The position numbers and the translations under genes are program-made. A stretch of DNA of 64,000 nt, taken from contig OZ316898.1 in NCBI GenBank assembly GCA_973895155.1, forward strand, positions 21,180,162 to 21,244,161. Reading direction: 5' to 3'. A model generated the notes under the pieces. It saw only the letters and a list, made by a program, of their open reading frames with translations, did no database searches and was not told the origin of the DNA. This DNA is from Marsupella aquatica. Its lineage: Eukaryota; Plantae; Marchantiophyta. Positions 48,501 through 59,570 of this stretch are shown in pieces (positions within the stretch are counted from its first letter, which is position 1; each line of letters opens with the position of its first letter).

Positions 48501-50128
48501 TAGGTTCTGGAAGTACATTTGTGGCAGGTGATAATTGTGGTCGATTTGTAATTGGGCTCAAGAATAGGAAGGAGTTCGTTGAAACCGCTTCAAAAATATT
48601 TCTTGACCTTCTAACTCCCAAAGTATCTGAGTCTAAAGCCCCTCCAAAGCCTGTGCTTGCAAAACAAAAGAGAGACAAACTTAAATCAGTATTAAATTTT
48701 GACTCCGAAGATGAGAATGAAGCAGAAGAGGGGGAAGAAGAAGAGGAGGATCCCAACATTCCTAGACTGTCTCTAATCGGAGAAGATCCGGAATCTAATG
48801 GAGGGAGTGACAGCGAAGACTCTTCTGAGTAAGAAACTACCGAGTAAGCTCATAAGCTAACCTGGTTTTTATTACGGTCGATTCCCTTCTTCTCTCTTTG
48901 ATGTCACATTTTTTATTTCCTTTTTTGCAAATATTGTGGCCGTTGACATAAAATCCAATATTCTCCTCCTCAGGTCAGACTGGAATCTTCGCCGGCGTTT
49001 CCAACTTAGACGAAAAGTAGCTAGGCGATATATTGAAACTCCCGACAAACCATTTGTCTTACCTTCCTATGCTAAAAATGTTGTTAGAAGAGTTGACAGT
49101 GTGCGGACCTTGCACTAGGAGAATAAAGGCTTGAGATTAAGGAGGGGGTTTGATAGAAAATTTATGCGGAACCGATTTGTGGATGATATGGCCAAGAGCA
49201 AATGTTTAGACATCGAGGCAAAATCTACCGATAGGTCCGAATCAAGTGAATCGGAGTGCTCAGATTAACTTGGATCTCTATTGTGTATTTTGGGTGTAAC
49301 GATGATTGTGGCTCATCTATGAATGAGCGGACTAGTGCCCGGCGCTAGTATGGTCACCTTCCCAATAGACACTATTTGCGTTGTTTGCAAAATGTGTTGA
49401 TGAGTTCAATCGGATCTTGCATATGGCTACAGCTTAATTGATCTATCTCTTATAGATTATTCGATAGATGTCTTAGCCATTTTTGTCATCGCTTGTCTGT
49501 AGATCTGACAAGTGACGCTAGTTTACCATCCGGTCGTATCAAGCAAGAGGCGTTGCTTTTTGAATTTTGCAATCCTTCCATTTACGATGTGGACACCTCG
49601 GATCATTTTGAACTTTTGTAAGCGCCTGGCGCTACCATTTTACTAAACTAATTTTCTATCACAAGACTTCGTGGATTGTGTATTGGCGTTGGATGTGCAA
49701 ATTGGTTGGATTTGGTTCGTCGGTACCCGACTCTGCCAAAGAGGTGTGGAGAGAATGCCATCCTTGGCATTTATCAATCCTCGTGAGAATGGTTTTACTC
49801 CCAACACAGCCACATTGATGGCTGGCATCGAGGACGACAACGGTTCTTCCACAACTAAGAGAACTAGCGCCCGGCGCTAGTGTGCTCACTTGCCCAACGG
49901 AGGCACCTAACTTATTTTGGCAGTACCTGGTGCGAGCCTATGCTTTCTGGGAATTCCTGGATTTAAATGTATAGTTCCCATAAGCTTATTAAACAAGCAC
50001 CTGGCGCTATTCTCGACCATTTTTCCTGCATTCGACTCGAATCTTCTAAACGTCCTATTTTGAATGTCAAGTATTTTGTTCACACCAAAAAAAATTCTGA
50101 CATTCTTCGCTGAAGTTTTCTATATTCG

Positions 50129-50232
50129 GTTTCCTATTTCCTATCATCGGTTCCTGTTTTGGGTTTCCTATTTTCCTGTTTCCTATTTTCCTGTTTCCTG
50201 TTTTCCTATTTCCTGTCTTATGTAAATACCCC
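50129..50232. repeat. TTTCCT(A/G)T short repeats at the candidate MULE terminus
   Basis: About nine imperfect copies preceding TGTAAATACCCC. Confidence 0.65.
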
Positions 50233-50270
50233 GATCTTTTCAGCCACTCACACTTGCTGAAGAGCGCACC

Positions 50271-51821
50271 TTGTTGGCGAGGGGGGAGGGAGCTGCAGCT
50301 ACATCCATTTCACCACCAGGTGCTGCTGACATTTCACAGGGAGTTGTTTCTCCTAAGCTGCTTGAGAATTTTACCTCGGGTATGGCACAACGGATTCTTA
50401 CAACTTCACTTTTCAGTTGCCATGATTTACAACTGGATGCTAGAGCTGTCATCAGAGCGCTAGAGGGTTCACTGCATTCTTTATCAACCCTTGTGACACC
50501 GGTTTTGGAGGTCCAATCTCATGTACATACTGGACCTTCTTCTTCTCCATTACATGCTTCCACTAGTTTGGCTATCCCAGTACCGATTTCCAGTGGTAGA
50601 GATGACAATATTGCTGCAGATTGTGTGACCAGAGCTACACTTGATTTTGGTCATGCTGCTCCATCTTTCCTGACTATGCTGTTGAGTGGAAAGACCGTGG
50701 ACACTAACTCCCTTCACAAGGTACCTCATCATTTGCCAAAAGTGGTGCCTAGCGATAGGACTTCAGTTTCTACCACCATTGCTATTGTTGACAATAGGAA
50801 TTCAGCGATCAAGTTGGAGGGTCACACTCCTCAGGTGGTCATGCTAGACACAGGCGCTCAACCAGTGATCTTGGGCATTCAATTTGCCAAGAAGATGGGA
50901 CTGCTGATTGATCATTTATAGCAATCTAGGTGACACATTCGGACTGCTAGTGGCACTGTGGAGGATGTGTTGGGTGAGAGTTCTACTTTAGTTACTCACT
51001 CTTACTTTTAATGGAGGTATAGACCAGGAGCTTCATTTCCCAGTCAAATGCTTGGTTACAAATGCCACTACGTATGATGTGCTCATTGGCCAGGAGGCTT
51101 TGTTCCCACCAGGTTTCACCATTGACAATTGGCATGAGCATGCATACTACAAAGTTGATTGGCATATTGATGGCTCACACTTGGGCTACATTCCCCTTGA
51201 TCTACATGGTGCCCATACAACCATGGTTCACCATTGTATTTTGAAAGAAGTGCACACAGCTACCTACGTCAACCACCCATTGCAGGATTGGACTGAGGAG
51301 GATGACGATGAGGTGGCTGCTAGCTGCACATGCTACTGCACCTATAGCAGCACTTTCTAGCAAAATGGATCATCAACCAGAGGTGGTACAACGGCTTCAA
51401 GCAGCCCATGGACCTTTGGTGGCTGCATTGTGCAAGTTTGAAGATCTTGGGCAGCATAATGGACAGCCAATAACCCCAATCTTGAGCGCACCAGTTACAT
51501 GGACTCCTGCTCCGGATGGCCTTACATTGCTTGAGCTTTTTGGTGGCATTTCTACAGGCCCGAAAGCTCTCCTACAGTCCGGCATGGTGGTGAAGCAGTA
51601 CATCTACTTGGATATTGATCCAGGTGCAAGGCAAGTGGCTGAATCCCGTCTGCTGGAATTTTCAGAGCAATTTCCCCAGCAGTTTCCACATAGTGCATGG
51701 AAGTCTGCATTTTCTTTCTTCCCTCTAGATATCCAGCTTGTCCAGCACCGGCACTTAACCCTTCTTGGCTCCCTTGATTTGATCATAGCTGGTTGGGAAT
51801 GCCAACTAAGGGTTTTCAACT
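50271..51821 (+). pseudogene. Retrotransposon polyprotein fragment: aspartic protease followed by C5 cytosine methyltransferase (motifs I-IV)
   Basis: VMLDTGAQPVILG, YDVLIG; then LLELFGGISTG, YIYLDID, PLDI, DLIIAGWECQ. Confidence 0.85.
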
Positions 51822-52424
51822 TGTTGTGCGCATACACATCGCTACACAACATACATCGCTTGTCACACACATCCAAACATATCCACAATGCAGCATCACA
51901 AACACAAGCGACTGGAATACAAGTGGAACTCATGTCCACACATGTCCAAAACCCACAATAATCTTCACAAGAAATTGGCACAACGATCCCGGTCAACAAT
52001 ACCCCATCGATCCTGCATCAATCCGATCACACATGTATGTCGAGCCAACGCACCTTGCACTCAAGGAATCCACGCTACATAGAGAGAGCTCTCAGCCACC
52101 ATAGCCACCACAAAAGCTCCCCTCTCCAAGGCTCAACATTGAAAGATAACCTTTCAATGCCTCACAAGAGAGAACTACCCCCTCACACAAACCTAATGGA
52201 ACCCTATCGGCTCCAATAGCACATATACAAAACGTACATACTCAACTAGCACTATATATTACAACGACATCTAGAATGGTGTGACAACTATCATGCGCAT
52301 ACACATCGCTACACAACATACATCGCTTGTCACACACATCCAAATATATCCACAATGCAACATCACAAACACAAGCGAATGGAATACAAGTGGAACTCAT
52401 GTCCACATATGTCCAAAACCCACA
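51822..52424 (-). mobile_element. 3' LTR (~603 bp) of a PHD-finger retrotransposon (family E), with an internal ~133-bp direct repeat
   Basis: TG..CA ends; purine tract AGCTAGGGGGGCGAT adjoining at ~52425-52439 on minus; 51826-51959 is repeated at 52293-52426. Confidence 0.7.
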
Positions 52425-52535
52425 ATCGCCCCCCTAGCTGGGAGTAAGGTCCCCTAACTCTAGCTAGCCATGAGTTCTACAAGGCTGATATACACCTTTT
52501 TAAGTGTGAAGATCAGGAGGCCGGGTCAAGTGAGC

Positions 52536-52556
52536 CCCTAAACCCTAAACCCTAAA
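52536..52556. repeat. (CCCTAAA)x3 plant telomere-type / telobox motif
   Basis: Three exact units between the PHD ORF stop and the PPT. Confidence 0.8.
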
Positions 52557-52604
52557 CCTGCAATCCATATTGGCCAAGAGAACACAAATGATACCTAGTC
52601 GGCT

Positions 52605-52781
52605 TCACCAACACTGAGGACACAACCATGATCCACTAGGAATCACTTGCAATGGTGGTGTCAAACATGACATGTGCCATCCTCTAGAACACTTATCACA
52701 AATCAACATAGTAGCTGCTCCCTGAGCAGATCCACATGACATACATTTCAAGCCAGCACAAACATGTGCCAGGGGGTATGG
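52605..52781 (-). CDS. PHD finger, C-terminus of a retrotransposon Pol (truncated by LTR insertion)
   Basis: CMSC..MLICDKC..WHMSCL.P..IPSGSWLCPQC (C4HC3). Confidence 0.88.
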   Translation of the reverse strand, partial: PYPLAHVCAGLKCMSCGSAQGAATMLICDKCSRGWHMSCLTPPLQVIPSGSWLCPQCW

Positions 52782-52988
52782 TGTGGTGCGTCCCATGGCT
52801 CCCCAAACCCAAGAAAACTCCCTTGCTTAAGCCGACTCCCGCAAGTTTCGTCCTTGGCCAGGCCGTTTCCGTGGCTTAGCGGCATGGGACCCTGCTAACT
52901 CTCCTTCTACTACTATTAACATTTTACACACATATACTGGACAGATCCTTCATTGGGTCATGAGATACTTAGCCGACCTATTCTAGGC
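52782..52988 (-). mobile_element. Family A LTR 3' end, interrupted by the family B element
   Basis: TGTGGTGCGTCCCATGG start matches 2902 onward; similarity stops at 52988. Confidence 0.9.
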
Positions 52989-53347
52989 TGTGACGCTGCT
53001 GGTACGGTGAGTAATGAGTAATTCAGTCTAGACCGCGCTTAGCACGCGCGTTAGGGGTATCTTAGGCCGCTATTATTAGCATAACAATAGTATTTAGGTA
53101 ACCATTATGAGTAGGAAATCATTAGTCAATAAGGGGAATTCATGTTTGGACTGGCGGCGTGTCGCCACTCGCATGCCCGGGTTGCGAGCGTGGAGAGGCC
53201 CCTCCCTCGGGTCCGTATAATGATCTTAGGGAAGCAGCCACTGACACGCGCTGACTCAGACCGGCGGAGTGGCCGGTACACTACAAGCGTGAACGGTTTA
53301 GCCCATAGGCAAGGAGGAGACGTCGGGCAATCGACAAGCCCTCAAGG

Positions 53348-53354
53348 TATAAAA
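53348..53354 (+). promoter_or_regulatory. TATA-like box upstream of the LTR B ORF
   Basis: TATAAAA followed by a pyrimidine-rich leader. Confidence 0.45.
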
Positions 53355-53525
53355 AGGGAGCCGACCCTTTGTAGTGCACCAGTCCATCAGTCCACGCGCC
53401 AGCTTTGACCCCAGCTCTCTCGTTCTCTCTTAGTCGCCACTGCTATCTCCTCTGAATGTCACACACGATTCTCTCCAGTTTGGCCATTCAATTCTGGACT
53501 CAGTTCCTATCTACCCGGAAGACAC

Positions 53526-56096
53526 TTGGCCGACTCATTGAAACACGCCAACCCGCGCCGATACGAAATCGAACACGAGTACGAGAGAGCCATCTGCCTA
53601 GCAGGACGACACCACTATATCCTTAACTTTGACTACCCATCTCAGAGCGAGCTCTACCGACCAGCAGAGGTATCTAGGTACTTCTTCAATGGAGACAAAT
53701 ATATCGGTTTCTGGGAAGCATTGCTTCAGCTTCCGGACAAGGTCTTCAATATCTCGGGTACGATCAACTTGCAACGACATCACTTCGACCACATCCCTGC
53801 TCAGGTTCGGGCTATCATCAACAGCGAGTCCAACACTACCCGTTTGACAAGGCCATCTGCACTTGCTTTGAAGAACTTCTACCAGCACCTGCAGAGCTTC
53901 ATGGGAACTAGACCCTCAACCGCCGGTGCCAGCCTAGTTGACCCCATACCCGTACCCGCACCAACATAGATTCAGGCTCAACTTCAGTCTCCGCCTCAGC
54001 CTCAGTCTAGCCAACCCCCACCGCTGATCGCCCCGCCAGTACAAGTACGCTCCGTCATCAACACTGTGGACCTTAGCGACGACGACGAGGCTACCCCACC
54101 CTTGCTCAAGCGGCCCAGAGGAGCAAACACTCAGGGGCCGATACTACATTGTCCCCTCCCCATGCTCGGACCCAAGGAGCGGCTCCAGCAGACAACACGG
54201 TGACCATGGCCGCCCCGGGCCCAATACTAACGGCGGTAGCACTACCTATGCCCGATCGAGAGGATGGGGAGGTGTCACCCTCCCCGAGCCAGTCACGGGG
54301 GAAGAAGAGGAAGGAACCCGCCGCTGCATCCGGGTTACCATTGGCCATGGTAGCAGCAGCCAAGGTGACAATGCACCAAATGGGGGAAAATGTGCATAAA
54401 AACATCCTCCATCCCAAGCATGCGGTGTACCTGAAGTCTCAGGGATTTGAGCACCTCGCTTCTCTCCCTGGAACACTTGCAGGTCTACGGGGAGGACATG
54501 ACGGAATTCGTCAAGAATTATGATGACGCACGTCAACATACTCGGCTGCGGGGAATGAATATGTCCCTTGCGGAAGAACGGCTCAAGATGATCTTTGGGT
54601 TACCCGAAGGTGACCACCAAGTTGAATCACAGGCTCCCGGGGGTAAGGGAGCCAAGTACCAATCCTCCAGTTTTTCCTCCGAGGGAGCAGTGGACAACAG
54701 GTTCGTGATGAGGACCTGCCTCATCCCTGAGATAGTTGAGCGACTGGAGTTCCAAAGATACGCCCTCCACATGATGGAACCCTGGGGGGAGATCTCCGCT
54801 GCCCAGGTTATCCAAGTCGAGAACTATTGACCTAGGAAGTGGGCGTCGTACTTCGCTAAGAAATTCCATGAAGAGATGGAGCGGCAAAGAAAGACGCTAT
54901 ACATTGGCGGGAAGGCGTATTTTGCTAGCCACATTGAGATCATTCTCAAGTGGTACGCTCGGTTTGATCGACGAACCCTTCCCCGTGTCAATGTTACAAA
55001 GCTGGTCCCAGCTAGGTGGGTTTTCCCGGCCTTGGAGAGACGGCCCCAACCTGAGGCCCAAAGTCCAGCGGACACGCAGGCTTCACCCACCCCACCTCCA
55101 CAAGTAGCTGTAGTCGTGACCGAGGAGGTACCAGATGGGTCGGTAATCGCAACCGTAGATGCGATCCAACAGGCCGGGCCAAGTACAGAAGTTGGTACAA
55201 CGGAGGCCTTACTCGAGCCCGGGTCTCCCAAAGACCCACCGGTGGCTATTCCGGAGAACCGAACATTGCTGCAGGAGGACACTCCAACCCCTTCCAACAC
55301 TACGTCCCCAGGGCTGGATGTCACTGCCCCGGCCCCCGCGCGTGTTGACGTCTGCCCATGCCCAACTCCGGACAGGCACAACCTGGACCACCCGGAACTC
55401 TTCATACTGGGCAGATTTTTGAACGGGCTTCTGGGAGATTTCTCTCATCAAATTGCCCGGGATATCGGGGAGCTCATGGCCCGGAAGGTAGCCTGTTTCT
55501 TCAATCAGGAGTTGGTTTCCGCAATAAAGGCAGGTCGGGCCCAGTCAGAGGCCCTTCAGAGGATAGAGCGGTATCGGGTGGAGTCCGTATACTTAAAGAA
55601 CAAAGTTGCGGCTCAAGAGGCTGAGCTTCTGCAACTACGACCCAAAGTTGCAGCCGCCGATGAGTTGTTAGCGAAGGCGCACGACCTTACCGCCCTAGCC
55701 AAACAGGCCAAAGCTGGGAACAAAGCCGAGATTGCACCACTCCGGAACCAGATTGACAGTTTGAAGAATCAAACTGTCATCTGGCAGAAAGACCTGGAGG
55801 AGGCCAAAGAATGGGCCCAGCGGGACACTGTGGAGATAGCCATGCTACAAGCCAAAGTGGCATGGCTCCAAACTAAAGCCGAGAAGCAGGACCAGCTGGT
55901 GGGCAAGCTGACGAGCAACGCCCAGCAGCTGGAGGAGGCATGCCAAGAGGCAGCGAAGGAGACGGACGCGGCGAAGTGAGAGAACAAATCTTTGCTGGAC
56001 CAGGTCCAGCTCCTCAAGGCGGACAACGACAGACTTCGTAAGCAGTGGGATGGCCGCTCCCACTCGGGCGGCTCTGGCAAGCGTGCCAGGCATTAG
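53526..56096 (+). pseudogene. LTR B-encoded protein, homologue of the family A LTR protein, with C-terminal coiled coil
   Basis: DMTEFVKNYDDARQHTRLRGMNMSLAEERLKMIFGLPEG vs DLLEFVGSWEPETNCTRIYGKDFYLTPKVIAEVFGLPIG; RTCLIPEIVERLEF..EISAAQV vs NTCTNPHIGEMIDF..EIGKAQV; several stops and frameshifts. Confidence 0.8.
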
Positions 56097-57002
56097 CGGC
56101 GGAGTACGAATAGAATAGGGTTAGGAATAGCTAAATCAGGCTATGGGGACAGGAACCTGCCCTAGTTAGAGCAGCACCGCCATGTTGTCCAGCCTGCGTA
56201 GGTTAGGATCTTCTAATAAGACAACCATTTTTTGGCCTGACAGTCAGATTAGTTAGGACCTAAGTCAGCAAATCTTCGGGCGGGAGGACACTCCGTTCCT
56301 CGGCCCTTAGTATTTAGTGCACCCCTCGGTAGAGGCAGGGGGGTTTTAGTCTCAGAGTCGGACATCCATGGTATGTGCAGGGAGTCTCGACCTCTGGGAG
56401 TGAAAGGGTACCAAGGGGAGGGGGTAGGACTAAGCTCGTCGGGCAAGTGCGGAGCCGGGCTCCGTTGTAGTGTACACCCTCGGCCTTGAACCTGTTCATT
56501 CCGGAGTTGTCGGGTCAACCAAGTGTACGCATATGTCCCCTGTGTAGTAAAATCCTTTCCCATTATTTCCTTCGTGTAAATTGAGATTGTATGCTTGTGC
56601 GCGTGTATGTGTGTGTGAATCTCGTGTATAGGTGACAACGCCGGGCTGAACGCACTACCTGAGTCATGCACGGGGTGCAGCTTGCGGGTATGTGGTTGCG
56701 AGCACGGGTTGAGGACCTGTATCATTGAATCCGGATCGAGGGCGGACAGCACGAAGGCTTAGAAGTCCTTAAGCCGGGGTCGATCCTGCTATTGACTAAG
56801 GTACGTTCCGGCGGCGGAACACAAACCATACCTAGGAGGTGTCTGTATCTCACAGTAGGCGCACTTAGTGCTAGTTTACATGAATTAGGTGCATTACATT
56901 CTTCCCTCCCTGCCCAAACCCTCATATTTACGAAGGATGTGCCCGTTTAAAGCTAAAGCCCGAGTTAAGGCCAAGGGTGATGATGTGACATAGCCTTTGT
57001 TT

Positions 57003-57020
57003 TGGCGCTAGATGGAGGGG
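57003..57020 (+). promoter_or_regulatory. Primer binding site identical to that of family A
   Basis: TGGCGCTAGATGGAGGGG. Confidence 0.85.
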
Positions 57021-57113
57021 GCTCTCTACATATCGTAGAGGGGGGACATGTGCGTATTCACCTGGACAGGAGACATCAGGCCCTAGTACTAACCATCGCA
57101 TTTATATGAGTAA

Positions 57114-58819
57114 ATGCCCGTCACTCGTTCTCAAGCAGCTTACTTGAGGAGATTGACCAGCGAACGAGAAAGTGCAACCACAACAAGCTCCGATTCTTTG
57201 GGCTCGGAGGACTCGCAATCGCCCCGATGAATGAACATACCACCGAGACCTTCGGGGTCCAATTCAACCGGTCCTACTGCGGTTCCTACGCCACCACCAC
57301 CACCACCGCCACCACCTATGGCAGCCGCCCCACCGATGGCCCGCGCTGCCCAAGCTCCTCCACAAATATCGCAACGATCGCGATTTCATTATCGACCTTT
57401 CATAGGGCGTCATGGGGATGATCCGGATGAATGGTTGGATGAGTTTGAAGCCACTGCTAAGGCTAACGGGGAAGGCGCCATTAAGCTAACCGTCGTCCCT
57501 AGAGTGATGCGGGGAGAAGCTCGTCCATGGTACAACTCGTTGCCACCCGGTACTACATGAGCACAATTCCAAGCCGCATTGCTGCAAGAATTTTGTGCTA
57601 TTGGATCCGAGCAGCGCTCTCTATTAAAGATCGGCCAGCTTCGCATGGGAAAAAAGGAGTCCCTGCAAAAGTTCATTCAAAAGTTTCAGAAACTTGCTGC
57701 CAAGATATGGCCTAGGCCTGGTGACGCACTCCAGCTTACGTGGTTCCTCCATGGTTTGCCCACAAATATGCAATTCTGGGTGCGCCAAAATAACCCAATT
57801 TCAATGCAAGTAGCCATAGTGTGCGCCGAAACCTACCGGGAGTCCACCTATAACTCCCGGCGAAGCCAGCGGGCACGCCGCAAGAAGGGCAAGTACGAGA
57901 CCTTCAGTGACAGTGACTCCGAATCAGACGACGAGAAGAAGAAGAAACGCAAGAAGAAGAAGAAACATCGTTCGACCTCGTCCAGTTCGGAGATAGAATC
58001 TAGTTCAGATTCAACTTCTAACAGTGGGTCCTCCACCACCAGCTCATCGGGAAGTGATTCGGAGAGCGAGAGCCGGAGCAAGAAGAAGAAAAGGAGGGTT
58101 AAGAAGGAGGGGAAAATCAAACCCCGTGCTCGAAGAACAATACCCAATCCAAAGGCTGCCAAAGCAGACAAGCTTAACGAAATCACGGATCGCCTCAAAG
58201 CACTGTCAGTACATCTCGCGGAAAAGCCGGTGGAGAAGAAGAAGCCATTTGAGATCCGAGCCCATGCGTGGTGTTCAAAGTGCTTCCAATCCGGGCATGT
58301 CGTGCAAGAATGCCCAAGATGGAAAAACCGAGTTCACCAGGTGGAATTAGATGATGTCGACAACCCGGGACCTGAAGCGGAGTCCACGGAGTATTTCTTT
58401 GAAGACCCTCCTGATTTGGTGTATCAGATTTCAATGGTGGGTCCGTGTAACTTAGCAGGTAGAACTGCATACCCCTACCCAACCAATGGCCAAAGTTTCC
58501 AAGTTATCAGTAATCCTAGCATTCCCCCTAAACCAGGGATTTGACGATCCCCGGTTTGTTACAACTGTGAGAAGCCAGGCCACTTTGCGAGGAAATGCAC
58601 CAAACCAAGACGTCAGGGGGATGGCCGAGGCACCCCACTATGTCAAGTCTGCAAAACGGAAGCTCATTCCATGGCCAACTGTCCATTGGTAATCGCTGCC
58701 CGAACAAACGCGGCTAGACCGGCCCAGGCCAGACCGGCCACGAACGATGCAGTCATCCAAATGATTGCTATGGAATGGCAAGATGACAACACCAAGTGGG
58801 TCAATTTGGTGGACATGGC
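57114..58819 (+). pseudogene. gag: Family B gag, degenerate, truncated by LTR insertion
   Basis: FIGRHGDDPDEWLDEF..GEARPWY; CSKCFQSGHVVQEC and further knuckles; homologous to family A gag. Confidence 0.9.
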
Positions 58820-59570
58820 TGTGGTGCGTCCCATGGCTCCCTAAACCCAAGAAACCCCCCAGCTCAAGCCGATTCCCGCAGGTTTCGCGCTTGGCGAGGC
58901 CGTTTCCGCGGCTTAGCGGCATGGGACGCTGCTAACCTTCTACTACTACTATTAACATTTTACACACATATACTGGACAGATCCTTCATCGGGTCATGAG
59001 ATACGTAGCCGGCCTAATCTAGGCCTTCCCCTGTCTTCCCCTCCGTCTTGTTAGGTATGTTTGGATTCCGCCGCCGGAATGATCCCCAATAGGCTTGGTT
59101 AAGCCGCTAAGACCTCTCTCAGCTCGACACATCCAACTCTCACTCCCCTGCTTACTTTCCTTCCTTCTGGTTGATGTGGGCACTCTTCACACAAGTTAAT
59201 GCGACACACAAATAGCAAAATGACTCATTCTGACTGAGTCATACCATGCACTTGCCATACAAACAGTACATCTCATACACAAGCTCTACGAACTAAGCCG
59301 TGAGGCCAACTCTATTCAGCTCTTAGGCATGAGGAAACATGAATATACACAAGGGTCACTGTATGACTAACCAAGAGCTTCTCGTACTACTTGATCCCAG
59401 CCCGGCTGGTGCAAACTAAAAACTTGCTAAAGAACAGGCCCTGAGCTCCCCGCTGCCCAGGTACTTATCCTGGTAGTGGATCCGCCATTTCTTTGCATCG
59501 TAAGCCTAATCTACATAACAGTAATCTACTTGCCCGAATCTACCTATGTACAGCAAGGCAGGAGCACAAG
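58820..59570 (-). mobile_element. Family A LTR 3' end, inserted in family B gag and itself interrupted
   Basis: Matches 2902-3660; breaks after ACAAG at 59570. Confidence 0.92.

Larger units (their letters stand above)
42930..48832 (+). pseudogene. Multi-exon gene: ParB/Srx-like N-terminal domain, helical middle region, N6/N4 DNA methyltransferase-like C-terminal domain; start approximate
   Basis: VVRTL.KESASIEKLKDSFRSSGY..MFSVFDGNHRLYLW; VDAGFIYLPIG..FLSDDGIIAILH; LHPGFMQSVLELITCPGDIVLDWAVGSGSTFVAGDNCGRFVIG; introns ~45814-45942, ~47270-47394, ~48073-48254; solo LTR insertion, stops and frameshifts. Confidence 0.75.
39638..50009. repeat. 15 dispersed copies of the 15-bp palindrome TAGCGCCnGGCGCTA
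   Basis: Starts at 39638, 39708, 39784, 42074, 42137, 42282, 42356, 45902, 47305, 48106, 48198, 49333, 49620, 49865, 49995 (42074, 42137, 45902 and 49865 are perfect). Confidence 0.92.
39272..50232. mobile_element. Mutator-like DNA transposon (left end lost) with cargo gene
   Basis: MULE-type transposase, a shared palindromic motif throughout, and TTTCCTRT repeats ending in ..TGTAAATACCCC (candidate terminus); boundaries inferred. Confidence 0.7.
52989..56990 (+). mobile_element. 5' LTR (~4.0 kb) of family B Gypsy element
   Basis: Starts TGTGACGC where family A similarity ends; ends GTGACA shortly before a PBS and gag; 3' boundary approximate. Confidence 0.8.

Noticed and set aside
42930-48832. 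Bacterial contamination or prophage source for the ParB/MTase gene
   Set aside because: The gene has GT-AG introns, an LTR insertion with TSD, and is embedded among plant-type transposons
52536-52556. Interstitial telomere or chromosome fusion scar
   Set aside because: Only three units, located in a retroelement 3' UTR
56991-56995. TAGCC as a TSD partner of TAGGC (52984-52988), making LTR B a solo LTR
   Set aside because: Imperfect match, and the sequence continues into a PBS and gag rather than resuming the host family A LTR
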